From: Gemmatimonadota bacterium
Lineage (GTDB): Bacteria; Gemmatimonadota; Gemmatimonadetes; Gemmatimonadales; Gemmatimonadaceae
DNA length: 64,000 bases
Direction of reading: 5' to 3'
NCBI GenBank assembly: GCA_040389905.1
Contig: JAZJZK010000034.1
Coordinates: 1-64,000, forward strand
In this document: piece after piece, positions 28,261-38,936 of the stretch
How the letters are laid out: every line of letters starts with the position of its first letter
Numbering within the stretch: the first letter of the stretch is position 1
Notes under the pieces: generated by a model
The model's database searches: none
What the model was told of the DNA's origin: nothing
The model's input: only the letters and a program-made list of their open reading frames with translations
Position numbers and translations under genes: made by a program

Positions 28261-30192
28261 CTAAGGATTTAGAGGCTGGCCTCGGCTCCTGCGTCTGGCG
28301 TCGCGCGCCTTGTACTGCACTTCGGACTGGCGCTGGCACGCGGCCACGAGCCGTCGGGTGGAGTCTGTCAGGACAGTCCAGCGAGCCTCATTGAATCTCG
28401 CGCCAAGTGCAATCCGCACAGAGTCTCGTGAGCCTTGCGGCGAATACGGGCCATAGGCGCGGGCAAGATCCCTCTCTGCCGCAGAGGTGTCCCCGAGAGC
28501 GAGATTGGCGCGCGCCCTTACCGCCATGGCACTCGATCGCCCCGCAACGCACGCTGGAGACGCCATCATGGCCACCGACGAATCCGAATACGCGAGCGAC
28601 GCACGTGGTTCGCCACGGACGAGTGCGAGGTAGGCAAGGGACCGGTAGCCGAACCCACGCTCATTCCGACAGCCACGCTCCAGGGACGATTCCTCTCCGT
28701 AGAGGGGAAAGCGGCCCGCGGGACGCGTACACGATTGCGCAACCTTCGCCCGAATCCGCTGGACAATCGACGGATCGCGAGCGTCGTCAGGCCGGGCGTC
28801 CATCCCCCAGTAGTAGTGAAAGTCACCGGCTTCGCTCTCCAGGAATCGTGCCTCCCAGAGCTTTTTCGTTTCCGCGTCGGCGTAGCGTTCCACCAAGGAC
28901 ATCGCGTCGCTGTTCCCCAAGCGCTGCGGCGATCGGCGATAGAGTGAGTCCAGGACCGGTAACCATGCGCGAATCGAGTCGGCCAGACCGCGTGGCTCCC
29001 GCAGTTCGATCTCATGAAGGGCGCGGCCGAGATCCACGAACACCCGAGGATCCTCGGGGTGCTCCCGGACAAGGCGCTTGACCCAGAATTCGGCGCGCGC
29101 AGGCTCCTCGATTCGCCAGGCAAAGATCGCCATGTCGTGCAGGCGCTCCGCGTCCAATGACGGCACCACCGACAACTTGTTCTCGAAGGAAGCGTAGCGC
29201 CGCTCCGCACTCTCAAAAAAGTCAATGAATCGCGCGAGCCCTTCCCTTTTCGTTCCATAGCTCGCATGCGCCCATCCCGCTGGATGATCGGGGAAGTACT
29301 TCTTGAGCGAGTCCGGGACATTCACCCTGGGGTTCACGCGCGCCGGCGCCGACGACGCGTCAGGCTCGGCAAATGTCTCATTGGCCGCCAGCAACGCCGC
29401 GAGGGTGGGTTTGCCGTCCGCACCTCGAGCAATCGCCCCCCAGGGGAACGCCCCATCCATGTCGAAGTCCTCGCCGAGGCTGTCGGTGACAGAGAGTTGC
29501 ACGGACAGGAAAGTCGCCGGCAGGGTCAGGTGCCCTTCGTAGACGCCGTCGCGAGTTGGAAGCAGCGTGGCGAGTGAGTCGCCAACTCTGACGTCCCAAA
29601 GGCGCGCACGACGGTTCGTGGTGGCGGGTCCGGAGTAGAGACCAACCAATACGAGTCGGGGCGCAGCCCGGAACCACGGCGCCGGCGTGTAACGCACCGT
29701 GACAATGGACCCCGGCGTGTTAGTCGCCGGCGACAAGGTCAGCCGCTGCACTGCTGATGCCTGAAGCCCTCCACCGCGCGGCCAGACAACCACCGCAATC
29801 GTGGCGGCGGCGGCGAGGAGGCCGCCCATTGCCAGCCTTCTCGATGCACGCCGAGCGGGGAGGGGCCAGTGCCTCGTGGGGCGGAGCGACGGCGCTTGCT
29901 CCCAAGGCGTCGCGTCTGGCGCTGGCGTCATTCGTTGAGGCTCTTCCGTCAGCGGGCGTTCTTCGGCAGCGCCTGCGATTCGCGACCACAGATCGGCTGG
30001 GACCGCTTCGACAGTGGACTGGCGCGCACGATCGCCAAAGGACCGAATTTCGTCGACGACAGCTTGGCATCGTCCACAGCGCGCAACGTGTCGGCCTACG
30101 CGCGTGCGCGCCGCTTCGACGTCGGGCCGGTCCACGTGCGCGGACAGGGAGTCGAAAGCCGGATGCAATATGTCGAATGCTTGCGTCTTCAT
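28261..30192 (-). CDS. Putative zinc-finger (ZAS) anti-sigma factor with TM helix and large extracytoplasmic domain
   Basis: HVARCGRC (HxxxCxxC) near N-terminus, TM LAMGGLLAAAATIAVVVW; start overlaps ECF sigma stop. Confidence 0.72.
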   Translation of the reverse strand: MKTQAFDILHPAFDSLSAHVDRPDVEAARTRVGRHVARCGRCQAVVDEIRSFGDRARQSTVEAVPADLWSRIAGAAEERPLTEEPQRMTPAPDATPWEQAPSLRPTRHWPLPARRASRRLAMGGLLAAAATIAVVVWPRGGGLQASAVQRLTLSPATNTPGSIVTVRYTPAPWFRAAPRLVLVGLYSGPATTNRRARLWDVRVGDSLATLLPTRDGVYEGHLTLPATFLSVQLSVTDSLGEDFDMDGAFPWGAIARGADGKPTLAALLAANETFAEPDASSAPARVNPRVNVPDSLKKYFPDHPAGWAHASYGTKREGLARFIDFFESAERRYASFENKLSVVPSLDAERLHDMAIFAWRIEEPARAEFWVKRLVREHPEDPRVFVDLGRALHEIELREPRGLADSIRAWLPVLDSLYRRSPQRLGNSDAMSLVERYADAETKKLWEARFLESEAGDFHYYWGMDARPDDARDPSIVQRIRAKVAQSCTRPAGRFPLYGEESSLERGCRNERGFGYRSLAYLALVRGEPRASLAYSDSSVAMMASPACVAGRSSAMAVRARANLALGDTSAAERDLARAYGPYSPQGSRDSVRIALGARFNEARWTVLTDSTRRLVAACQRQSEVQYKARDARRRSRGQPLNP

Positions 30193-30767
30193 CGTGATCC
30201 CCTCAACAGTTCACGCAGCTCGCGCCGAGCCCGGTGAAGCCGAACCTCCGAATTCGCCCGGCTGATTCCCAGCAACTCGGCGATTTCTGCGTGGTCGTAG
30301 CCTTCGACCTCCTTGAGGAGGAAGACCGTCCGGTGCTCAGCCGACAACGTGCCGAGCGCCGCATCGATGGTCAGTCGCTCTGGCGTGCCGTCGCCCGTGG
30401 CGAAGAGACCGGCAACGGAATCGACGCTGACCTCGCGCCGCCGGCGTCCACTGCGGAGGTGCATCAAGGCCTGCCGGACCGCCACCTTCCGTATCCAGCC
30501 GGGAAAGCTCGCGGCCGCTCCGGTGAAGCCGTCGATGGCTCCAGACAGGCGGAGAAACAGATCCTGCGTGACGTCTTCGGCGTCGGCGCGGTGGCCAGTC
30601 AATCGCAGCGCGGTTCGATAGACGAGGTCGCCATGCTTGGCGAAGAGCTCGCCAAGCGCGGTCATGTCGTTCGCCTGAACACGATCCAGGCGGGCGCGGA
30701 AAAGCTGCGGAGGCTCGTCGTCGACCGTCATCGGACCGGACTGAACGGCAATGGTCGTTGGAGGCAT
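30189..30767 (-). CDS. ECF RNA polymerase sigma factor
   Basis: Region 2 DAEDVTQDLFLRL...FPGWIRKVA; region 4 RTVFLLKEVEGYDHAEIAELLGIS...RLHRAR. Confidence 0.93.
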   Translation of the reverse strand: MPPTTIAVQSGPMTVDDEPPQLFRARLDRVQANDMTALGELFAKHGDLVYRTALRLTGHRADAEDVTQDLFLRLSGAIDGFTGAAASFPGWIRKVAVRQALMHLRSGRRRREVSVDSVAGLFATGDGTPERLTIDAALGTLSAEHRTVFLLKEVEGYDHAEIAELLGISRANSEVRLHRARRELRELLRGSR

Positions 30768-30808
30768 AGACCCAAGATGCCGGCCATGATCAAAAGCTTA
30801 CACGCGAC

Positions 30809-30842
30809 TCGGCGGCGAGGAGCACTGGCTCCCCGCCGCCGA
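30809..30842 (-). terminator. Hairpin downstream of ssb
   Basis: TCGGCGGCGAGGAGC-ACTG-GCTCCCCGCCGCCGA. Confidence 0.55.
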
Positions 30843-30863
30843 ATTATCCACATGCAGTCGGTG

Positions 30864-31370
30864 TCAGAACGGCAGGTCGTCGTCGTCGTCCGCAAGGGCT
30901 CCCGGGAAGTCTTCGAAGTCGTCGCCGCCCGCTCCGGCCTTGGCCTTGGCGGGTGCCGGGGCGCGCGACTGGCCGTTGGACGCTGCACTATCGAAGTCGC
31001 TCGCGCCACGGCCCGCACCCCCTGATCCGCCGCCCAGCATGATCAGCTCACGAACGTTGATCTCTGTGGCGTAGCGCGTCTGGTTCTCCTTGTCCTGCCA
31101 TTGGCGGTACTCGATTCGACCCTCGACGAACAGCTTGTCGCCTTTGTGGACATACTTTTCGACGATGTCGGCAAGCTGCGAATTCTTCGTATTCCACACC
31201 ACGCAGCGGTGCCACTCGGTCTTTTCCTGCTTCGCCCCACCGGCATCGTTCCACGACCGGCTGGTGGCGAGCGAGAAGGTTGCGACGCGATTTCCTCCGG
31301 TGGTCGACCGTACTTCGGGATCGTTCCCGAGGTTTCCGATCAGCGTCACCTTGTTCAAGCTCCGGCTCAT
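30864..31370 (-). CDS. ssb: Single-stranded DNA-binding protein
   Basis: LNKVTLIGNLGNDPE, TEWHRCVVW, acidic tail DDDDDLPF; GGAGG RBS. Confidence 0.98.
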   Translation of the reverse strand: MSRSLNKVTLIGNLGNDPEVRSTTGGNRVATFSLATSRSWNDAGGAKQEKTEWHRCVVWNTKNSQLADIVEKYVHKGDKLFVEGRIEYRQWQDKENQTRYATEINVRELIMLGGGSGGAGRGASDFDSAASNGQSRAPAPAKAKAGAGGDDFEDFPGALADDDDDLPF

Positions 31371-31534
31371 TTGCTTCCTCCCATGACGAGAATTTATTGC
31401 TTCGCCAAAATGCTAGTCACACGCACCCTATGTTGCATCATCAAAAAACCGCGCGTAACATACAAATCAGCGCAAAACCATTAAACACCAGCATTACAAC
31501 GTTTTATACGACATATCTCACGTGACACTTTACT

Positions 31535-31996
31535 TCAGAGCGGTGCAATTTCCCGCTTGAGCACCAGCGCGTCGTCCGTTGGGTTTCTGTAGTAATTACG
31601 TCGCCGGCCGACCTCGAAGAACGCGCGCGACTGGTACAGAGCCCGTGCTGCCGAGTTCATCTCCCTGACTTCCAGGTAGAGCCATTCCACACCTTCGGAC
31701 GCGAGCCGCGCGATCGCGGCGTCGAGCAGAAGACCCCCTACCCCGCCGCTTCGAAATGCTGGATCGACGGCGATATCCGCGACCTCGGATTCCGGACCAA
31801 CCACGGTGAGGATAACGTACCCCACTGGCCGCCCGCCGCCACCCTCCTCCGACTCGGCAACAAGGAAGCGCATATGCGGCAGCGCCAGCGAGGATGCGAA
31901 CGCATCCCGCGACCATGGATCCACGAAAGACGCATTCTCGATGTCCAGCACCGCCGGCAGGTCGCTGGGCGTTGCCTCCCTGACCGTCACCGGCAC
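31535..31996 (-). CDS. rimI: Ribosomal protein S18 alanine N-acetyltransferase
   Basis: DLPAVLDIENASFVDPWS, IAVDPAFRSGGVG, LEVREMNSAARALY, GRRRNYY; start somewhere in 31990-32005. Confidence 0.92.
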   Translation of the reverse strand: MPVTVREATPSDLPAVLDIENASFVDPWSRDAFASSLALPHMRFLVAESEEGGGGRPVGYVILTVVGPESEVADIAVDPAFRSGGVGGLLLDAAIARLASEGVEWLYLEVREMNSAARALYQSRAFFEVGRRRNYYRNPTDDALVLKREIAPL

Positions 31997-32001
31997 CGCC
32001 G

Positions 32002-32667
32002 TCAATTGGATTGCAGCGCCCTGCCGTGCACCGCCTCCCACTTCACCTGAGCCTCCGCGAGCCGTCCGTACCCAGGCTCCCATGCTGCCAGATCTGCGGG
32101 CTCCCAAGCGCCAATCATGTTTGTGATGTGCCTCGCCGCGCTTGCTCGCGGCACCACCCGAGCGCCTTCCGACTGTTGTGGGCCGATCAATTTCGCATCG
32201 CGCGACTCGGCCAATTGCACGAGCGTCGGCGTTGCGATCAGCGCCAACGCTCCGGCCGAAACGATGGAGCCGCCCTCGTTGAATTCGAATTCCTGGACGT
32301 AACTCTCGCCCCGCATGGCATCGACCGCCGCCAGAAACCGACCGGCTCGGCGCGACTCGGAGGATTCGACCAAGAGCCTCAGTGATGACACCGGATACAA
32401 CGCTGCTCCCGAAGCCATGGCCAGCCCCTTGGCGATCGCGGCTGAGATTCGAAGGCTCGTGAAGCTCCCGGGACCGGAGCCGCAAACGACCCTGCGGATG
32501 GCGGTGGGAGACAGCTCCGCGGCCGCGAGGAGCTCACCCACTGCGGCCATCAGCGCCTCCTGCTCGCGTCCGCGCATCGTCACCACGCGTTCGCCCAACA
32601 GCTGAACGCCATCGAGAAGCGCGACGCTGCCTTCGTACGTCGACGACTCAAGCGCCAGCGTGATCAC
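32002..32667 (-). CDS. tsaB: tRNA t6A biosynthesis protein TsaB
   Basis: LALESST, GSGPGSFTSLRI, AVDAMRGE; tsaE-tsaB-rimI order. Confidence 0.93.
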   Translation of the reverse strand: MITLALESSTYEGSVALLDGVQLLGERVVTMRGREQEALMAAVGELLAAAELSPTAIRRVVCGSGPGSFTSLRISAAIAKGLAMASGAALYPVSSLRLLVESSESRRAGRFLAAVDAMRGESYVQEFEFNEGGSIVSAGALALIATPTLVQLAESRDAKLIGPQQSEGARVVPRASAARHITNMIGAWEPADLAAWEPGYGRLAEAQVKWEAVHGRALQSN

Positions 32668-33143
32668 GAGTGCCAGCCGGCGTACAGCAGACGCCGCTCA
32701 GGATCGTCCGGCAAGTGCTGGAGGGATAGCGTCACATGCCCTGACGGAACGCGATCACCGGCCCGCTCCGGCCATTCAACCAGCACGACGCCGGGCCCGG
32801 AAACGATCTCGTCCCACGCCAATGCGTCGAGCTGATCGGGCCGGTCGAGCCGGTAGAGATCGAGGTGGTGGACCGTGGAGCGGGGCGCGGCGTACTCGTG
32901 GACCAGTGCGAACGTCGGGCTCGTGACGTCCTCCGCGACGCCATACCCCTGACAGATGGCCTGCACGAGCGTCGTCTTGCCTGCCCCGAGCTCACCCGTA
33001 ATCGTGACCAGCAACGGCGCGTGCGCCGCTCGCCCGAACTTGCGTCCCCACTCGCGGAGTTCGTCCTCGCGCATGGCGAGGGCGCCGTGATCGGCAAGTG
33101 GAGGCACCAGCGGGGGATGATCATGGCCGCCGAACTCGCTCAT
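32664..33143 (-). CDS. tsaE: tRNA t6A biosynthesis ATPase TsaE
   Basis: [35 protein letters not shown]. Confidence 0.96.
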   Translation of the reverse strand: MSEFGGHDHPPLVPPLADHGALAMREDELREWGRKFGRAAHAPLLVTITGELGAGKTTLVQAICQGYGVAEDVTSPTFALVHEYAAPRSTVHHLDLYRLDRPDQLDALAWDEIVSGPGVVLVEWPERAGDRVPSGHVTLSLQHLPDDPERRLLYAGWHS

Positions 33144-35206
33144 CGCGCTGCCTTCACGCCCGCTGCCGCGTTCGCGCGCGTTGTTCCGCCACCCATGCGC
33201 GCTTTCACTTCGAACAGCTGGTCGCGCAAACGAGCGGCGGCCTCGAAATCGAGCGCCGTGGCGGCTTCCTTCATCTGCTGCTCCAGCATGGTGACGAGCG
33301 TCTCGGGATCGACCAGATCGTAGCTCGCCGCCTCCTTCTCCGCGACCTTCCGGGCAGCCCGCTTCGGACGATCATCCTCGCGCTCGACGCGGGCATCGGC
33401 CACACGCGTGCTGAAGCGCACCTGATCGATACTCTTCGACACCGAGGTTGGCGTGATGCCGTGTTCGACATTGTACGCCGTCTGGATCGTACGCCGGCGC
33501 GCCGTTTCTTCCATGCACCGCTGCATCGACCCCGTGATCTTGTCGGCATAGAAAATCGCCCGGCCGTTCACGTGCCGAGCCGCCCGGCCAACGGTCTGGA
33601 TGAGCGAGCGGTCCGAGCGCAGGAAGCCCTCCTGGTCTGCATCGAGAATGGCGACGAGCGACACCTCGGGCATATCCAGCCCCTCGCGCAACAGGTTGAT
33701 GCCGACCAGCACGTCGAACTCACCCAGCCGCAGACCGCGGACAATCTCCATGCGTTCGATGGCGTCGATGTCCGAGTGCATGTACCGGACACGTACGCCG
33801 ACCTGCTGGAGGTAGTCGGTGAGATCTTCCGACATCCGCTTGGTCAGCGTGGTGACGAGGACCCGTTCGCCCACCTTCGCCCGCTTCTGGATTTCTGCCA
33901 GAAGATCGTCCACCTGCCCACGGACCGACCGGATCTCGATTTCCGGGTCGATCAGCCCAGTGGGGCGAATGATCTGCTCGACGACGACGCCTTCCGAAAG
34001 GCGAAGCTCCAACTCACCCGGCGTGGCGGATACGAACACGGCGCGCGGCGTGAGAGAAAGGAACTCATCGAACATCAGCGGCCGGTTGTCGAGCGCGCTC
34101 GGAAGCCGGAATCCGTAGTCCACGAGCGTCAGCTTCCGCGCCCTATCGCCATTGAACATGCCCCCGATCTGCGGCAGGGTGACGTGCGACTCGTCCACGA
34201 CCACGAGAAAATCTTCGGGGAAATAGTCGAACAAGCACGCGGGCCGCTCACCGGCATCCCGACCGGACAGGTGGCGGGAGTAGTTCTCGATGCCAGCGCA
34301 GGTGCCGATCTCGAGCATCATCTCGATGTCGAAGTTGGTGCGGCTCTCCAGGCGTTGCGCTTCGAGCAGCCGCCCATTCGACCGCATCTCTGCCAACCGC
34401 TCGACCAACTCGGCGCGGATCAGCCTGACCGCCTTTTCGAGCGTCGGGCGCTGGGTAACGAAATGTTTCGCAGGATACACCGCGGTCTTCTCGAGCACCG
34501 CAATCGTTTCCCCCGTGAGGACGTTGATCTTGGAGATGCGCTCCACCTCGTCGCCCCACAGTTCGACCCGGACCCCCTGCTCTTCGTACGCGGGAAAGAT
34601 CTCGACCGTATCGCCACGGACCCGAAAGGTGCCACGCTCGAACGCGACGTCATTCCGGTTGTACTGTATCCGGACGAGGGAACGGAGGAGATCGTCGCGG
34701 TTGACGCGCTGGCCCGTGGTCACCGTGACCATCTGCTCGCGATACGACACCGGGTCTCCCAACCCGTAAATCGCGCTCACGGTGGCCACGATGATGACGT
34801 CGTTGCGTTCCATCAGCGACGAGGTTGCGCGCAACCGCAGCCGATCGATGTCCTCGTTGATCGATGCGTCCTTCTCGATGTACGTGTCCGAGGACGGCAC
34901 GTACGCCTCCGGCTGATAGTAGTCGTAGTACGAGATGAAGTACTCGACGGCATTCTGGGGAAAGAAGCCCTTGATTTCGCCGTACAGCTGCGCGGCCAGG
35001 GTCTTGTTATGACTGAGCACCAGCGTCGGCTTGCCGTATTGCGCGATGACGTTGGCCATCGTCATCGTCTTCCCCGACCCCGTTACGCCGAGTAGCGCCT
35101 GGAATCGGTCGTCGCGGTCGAGCCCCTGCATGAGCTCAGCGATGGCCTTCGGCTGATCGCCAGCCGGCTGGAAGGGAGCCTGGAGGGAGAACTCGGCACG
35201 AGGCAT
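33140..35206 (-). CDS. uvrB: Excinuclease ABC subunit B
   Basis: [34 protein letters not shown]-terminal [16 protein letters not shown]. Confidence 0.98.
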   Translation of the reverse strand: MPRAEFSLQAPFQPAGDQPKAIAELMQGLDRDDRFQALLGVTGSGKTMTMANVIAQYGKPTLVLSHNKTLAAQLYGEIKGFFPQNAVEYFISYYDYYQPEAYVPSSDTYIEKDASINEDIDRLRLRATSSLMERNDVIIVATVSAIYGLGDPVSYREQMVTVTTGQRVNRDDLLRSLVRIQYNRNDVAFERGTFRVRGDTVEIFPAYEEQGVRVELWGDEVERISKINVLTGETIAVLEKTAVYPAKHFVTQRPTLEKAVRLIRAELVERLAEMRSNGRLLEAQRLESRTNFDIEMMLEIGTCAGIENYSRHLSGRDAGERPACLFDYFPEDFLVVVDESHVTLPQIGGMFNGDRARKLTLVDYGFRLPSALDNRPLMFDEFLSLTPRAVFVSATPGELELRLSEGVVVEQIIRPTGLIDPEIEIRSVRGQVDDLLAEIQKRAKVGERVLVTTLTKRMSEDLTDYLQQVGVRVRYMHSDIDAIERMEIVRGLRLGEFDVLVGINLLREGLDMPEVSLVAILDADQEGFLRSDRSLIQTVGRAARHVNGRAIFYADKITGSMQRCMEETARRRTIQTAYNVEHGITPTSVSKSIDQVRFSTRVADARVEREDDRPKRAARKVAEKEAASYDLVDPETLVTMLEQQMKEAATALDFEAAARLRDQLFEVKARMGGGTTRANAAAGVKAAR

Positions 35207-35295
35207 AGACGAGCAATCTAGCATATCGGGATTTGTTCGGGTAGGCCTGACAAAACCCGCAAAACGCGAAACGTGCACAGTGCGTAGAATCAGGC

Positions 35296-36081
35296 ATGTC
35301 ACGTACTCGACTGCGCGCGCTCGTCGTGCTCTGCGTCTGTTTGGCCGGTGTCCCGCTCCTCGCTCAGCGCGGCTTCCGCGGCGGGCCCCCTATCGATTTC
35401 GTCGAGCGGGCGGCGCCATACGATGGGCGCTTCGCCTTTGCGCGCCTGAAATTCGTTACGGCGCCCGGGGGGTACTACTATCGCGGGCTTCCCGCCTGGG
35501 CGCACGGCTACCCGAACGCCGAAAACCACCTCTCGCGCATCATGAGTGAGGTGAGCGCGATCAAGGTGATCGAGGACGCGCGCAACGTGCTCGCGCTCGA
35601 CGATCCGGAGCTCTTCAAGTTTCCCGTCGCGTATATGGCGGAAGCCGGCTACTGGACGATGACCGACAAGGAAGCGGCCGGGCTTCGCGCATTTCTCCTG
35701 AAGGGCGGATTCGTCATTTTCGACGACTTTCGTGACGATGGGCGCAATGCTGGCGGTTACGCGAATTTCGAGATGCAGATGAAGCGCGTCTTCCCGAATG
35801 CGCGACTCCTCCCGATGACGCACGACCACCCGATCTACCATTCGTTCTTCGAAATCCCGTCTCTCGACCTGATCCCGCAATCGTATGGATCGGGGCCGCC
35901 CACGTATCTCGGCCTGTTCGAGAACAACGATCCGAAGAAACGGTTAATGGCGATCATCAACTTCAACACGGATGTCGCGGATTTCTGGGAGTTCTCGTCG
36001 CAGGGTTTCTACCCGATTGCCGAGGGCAACGAGGCGTACAAGCTCGGGGTGAATTACATGGTGTACGCGCTGACCCATTAG
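35296..36081 (+). CDS. DUF4159-like secreted protein
   Basis: Signal peptide; [48 protein letters not shown]. Confidence 0.8.
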   Translation: MSRTRLRALVVLCVCLAGVPLLAQRGFRGGPPIDFVERAAPYDGRFAFARLKFVTAPGGYYYRGLPAWAHGYPNAENHLSRIMSEVSAIKVIEDARNVLALDDPELFKFPVAYMAEAGYWTMTDKEAAGLRAFLLKGGFVIFDDFRDDGRNAGGYANFEMQMKRVFPNARLLPMTHDHPIYHSFFEIPSLDLIPQSYGSGPPTYLGLFENNDPKKRLMAIINFNTDVADFWEFSSQGFYPIAEGNEAYKLGVNYMVYALTH

Positions 36082-36118
36082 GGGACAGGGTCAATTCAAG
36101 CAAGCTGCGTGACCACCA

Positions 36119-36245
36119 GCACATTGAACGCGGATTGAGCGAATTGAGGCGGATCAAATCTGATAAAGCGCTTAAAAGCGCTTCAAAAAAAGAGTTTGAT
36201 TCAGACCTTATCCGCTTCCATCCGCTCAATCCGCGTTCAATGTGC
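36119..36245. repeat. REP-like palindrome of 9-bp GCGGATTGA-type units
   Basis: 45-bp arms 36119-36163 and 36201-36245, outer 23 bp perfectly inverted; AT-rich spacer; second copy at 58423. Confidence 0.92.
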
Positions 36246-36290
36246 CACCGCGACGCTAGTGTGAACGTCGCGCTTTCCCCCCTCTGATGC

Positions 36291-38456
36291 CTAGCTGTAC
36301 GGCGTGATCCTCTCTCGCCGCGCCACTTCGGTAATCCCTTTCACCTTGCGCGTGGATTTGATGATTTTCTGGAGGTGCGCGAGGTTCTCCACCTCGACCA
36401 GCACCGCGCCCATCGCCTTGCCGTCGGTGCTCTTGAGTTCCATGCCGCGAATGTTCGTTCCCGAATCGGTCACGGCGGCGGCGACGTCGGCGTAGAGGCC
36501 ACGCCGGTCGTTGCCCTCGAGCGTGAGGCGTACGACGAAACGCTCACCTTCTGCTTCCTGCCAGTCGATTTCCAGACGGCGCTCCGGCTCATGCGCCAGG
36601 AACAGCAAATTGGGACAATCCGCTCGATGGATGCTGACCCCGCGACCACGCGTCACGTAGCCCGTCACCGGATCGCCTGGTACGGGCTGACAACATTGCG
36701 CGTAGCGAACCATCAGTCCGTCCACGCCCTGAATCTTGACACCCTTCGACCCGCGAACCTTCTCGACGAGCCGCTCGACGATGCTGAGCTTCGGCACCTC
36801 GTCTTCCTGATGCTCCGGAAAGAGGTGCTTGATCGCGAGTCCGACGCTCACATCGCCCTGTCCGATCGACGCATGGAGATGCTGCGCATCGACGAGCGAG
36901 AGCTGGCGAGCCGCGACGTCGAGTGCGCTTTCGTCCGGCTTCGATAGCCGCCGCCGGCGCAGTTCGCGCTCGAGGATGTCCTGCCCGAGCTTGACCGACG
37001 ACGAATGTTCTTCGTGCCGCAGCCACTGGCGAATCTTGTGACGCGCTCGGCCGGTGCGCACATGCGCCAGCCAATCGCGGCTCGGCTTGGCGTTCGTCGC
37101 CGTGATGATCTCGACCGTTTCCGAGTTGCGGAGCTCGCGCGACAACGGCGCGATACGCCCATTCACCTTCGCGCCCGCACAATGGAGCCCCACCTCCGAG
37201 TGCACCGCGAAGGCAAAGTCGATCGGCGTCGCACCCTTCGGCAACTGATGGACATCGCCCTTGGGTGAGAACACGAAGATCTCGTCGGCGTACAGATCGA
37301 GCTTCAGGAACTCGAGGAATTCATCCGGCGTCTTCGCGTCGAGTTGCAGTTCGAGAATCTGCCGGAACCACGTCAGGTGCTTATCCAGCTCGTCCGCGCT
37401 CTTCGCGTCTTCCTTGTACAACCAGTGCGCCGCAATCCCGAAGTCCGCGGTCCGGTGCATCGCCTTGGTGCGGATCTGGATTTCGTAGAGCTGACGCCCC
37501 GGGCCAAACACCGTCGTATGCAGGGACTGATACCCGTTCGACTTTGGCTGCGCGATGTAGTCCTTGATCCGCTCCTGGACCGGCGTGTAGCCGTCATGGA
37601 TGACACCAAGGGCGTGATAGCAGTCCGGGACGCCGTTGACGAGCACGCGGATGGCGAGCAGATCGAAGATCTCCTCGTACGGTTTCTCGCGCTGCTTCAT
37701 CTTCTTGTAGATCGACCACAGGTGCTTCGGTCGGCCCGTGACGTCAACGTCCTTGATCCCCGCACGCGCAAGCTCGCGCTCCAGAGGCTCGCGCAACGCC
37801 GCAATCAACTCTTCGCGCTCGGCGCGCTTCTGCGCGACCTTCTTCGAGAGCGCTTTGTACTCGTCGGGTTCGAGGTGCTTGAAGGCGAGATCCTCGAGCT
37901 CCCAACGCATCTTCGCCATACCGAAGCGATGGGCGAGCGGCGCGTAGAGGTCGCGCGTCTCCTGCGCGATGCGGCGTTGCTTGTCTTCCGGCAGGTAGTC
38001 GAGCGTCCGCATGTTATGCAGCCGGTCCGCGAGCTTCACGATGATGACGCGCGCGTCCTTCGCGATGGAGAGGAGCAGCTTCCGATAGCTCTCGACTTGC
38101 CGATCCTGATTTGATCCACTGTTCGGCAGCTTCGCGATCTTCGTCAACCCGTCGACGATCGCCGCGATCTCCTTGCCGAACTCGCGCTCGACGTCCTCGA
38201 CCGTGATCTTGGTGTCTTCGACGACGTCGTGAATCAGTCCGCTCGCGACCGTCGTCGAATCGAGTTGGAGGTCGGCGAGAATCTTCGCCACCTCGACACA
38301 ATGCGTGACGTACGGCTCGCCCGAATTGCGCGTCTGGCCACGATGCGCCTCCTCGCTGAACCGGTAGGCGCGCGCGAGCAGTTCCTGATCGAGACGCTGG
38401 TTTGCGCCTTCGTTCAGGCTCCAATCGGGAATGACTTCGCGCAACGCCGTGGCCAT
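36291..38456 (-). CDS. relA: Bifunctional (p)ppGpp synthetase/hydrolase (long RSH)
   Basis: Intact HD hydrolase motif LIHDVVED, KLADRLHNMRTL, NGYQSLHT, EIQIRT, TGS and ACT domains. Confidence 0.96.
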   Translation of the reverse strand: MATALREVIPDWSLNEGANQRLDQELLARAYRFSEEAHRGQTRNSGEPYVTHCVEVAKILADLQLDSTTVASGLIHDVVEDTKITVEDVEREFGKEIAAIVDGLTKIAKLPNSGSNQDRQVESYRKLLLSIAKDARVIIVKLADRLHNMRTLDYLPEDKQRRIAQETRDLYAPLAHRFGMAKMRWELEDLAFKHLEPDEYKALSKKVAQKRAEREELIAALREPLERELARAGIKDVDVTGRPKHLWSIYKKMKQREKPYEEIFDLLAIRVLVNGVPDCYHALGVIHDGYTPVQERIKDYIAQPKSNGYQSLHTTVFGPGRQLYEIQIRTKAMHRTADFGIAAHWLYKEDAKSADELDKHLTWFRQILELQLDAKTPDEFLEFLKLDLYADEIFVFSPKGDVHQLPKGATPIDFAFAVHSEVGLHCAGAKVNGRIAPLSRELRNSETVEIITATNAKPSRDWLAHVRTGRARHKIRQWLRHEEHSSSVKLGQDILERELRRRRLSKPDESALDVAARQLSLVDAQHLHASIGQGDVSVGLAIKHLFPEHQEDEVPKLSIVERLVEKVRGSKGVKIQGVDGLMVRYAQCCQPVPGDPVTGYVTRGRGVSIHRADCPNLLFLAHEPERRLEIDWQEAEGERFVVRLTLEGNDRRGLYADVAAAVTDSGTNIRGMELKSTDGKAMGAVLVEVENLAHLQKIIKSTRKVKGITEVARRERITPYS

Positions 38457-38477
38457 CAGCTCTGTCTCTCCTCCCCT

Positions 38478-38936
38478 CTACGCCGCAAGCGCACTCGGCC
38501 ACGGCTCCACCACGTCGATGTCGACGTGCCTGGCAATGAGCTCGAAATCAGCCTTGTTGAAGGTAACGATCGTCGCTCCCAACTCGCTCGCCGTCGCCGC
38601 AATGAGAATATCGTGAAAGAATGAGCGCTGCCCAAGTCGTGACCGATTCGGAGCGCGTGTGCGCAGTCGCCGATCGATCGCCGACGCCCGCTCCCACGTT
38701 CCGAAGCCGGGCGTCAGGAGACGCTTCCTGGTCAGAAAGGGCTCGACCAACGTGTCCCGAAGCTGACGCAGGCTCTTCGGCGTCTGTGCGCCCACCAGCA
38801 GCTCCGACACGACCACCGCGCTGAGAACGAGCCGCGGCAGATGCGCCCGATGGAATTCCAGAAGCTGACGTCCAAACTCGGCCTCGCGGAAGCCGTGGAT
38901 GTAGACGTTGGAGTCGAGGAGATACATCGGACTCAT
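38478..38936 (-). CDS. vapC: PIN-domain (VapC-like) toxin
   Basis: YLLDSNVYI, SAVVVSELLVG, DILIAATA...IVTFNKADF. Confidence 0.88.
   Translation of the reverse strand: MSPMYLLDSNVYIHGFREAEFGRQLLEFHRAHLPRLVLSAVVVSELLVGAQTPKSLRQLRDTLVEPFLTRKRLLTPGFGTWERASAIDRRLRTRAPNRSRLGQRSFFHDILIAATASELGATIVTFNKADFELIARHVDIDVVEPWPSALAA

Noticed and set aside
31991..32485. RimI as a 316-aa fusion protein
   Set aside because: The extension overlaps tsaB in another frame and has no protein-like features; RimI homology covers only the last roughly 150 aa.
35207..35295. LexA/SOS box upstream of uvrB
   Set aside because: No convincing palindrome or direct repeat matching known LexA boxes, and none shared with the ssb or radC upstream regions by eye.
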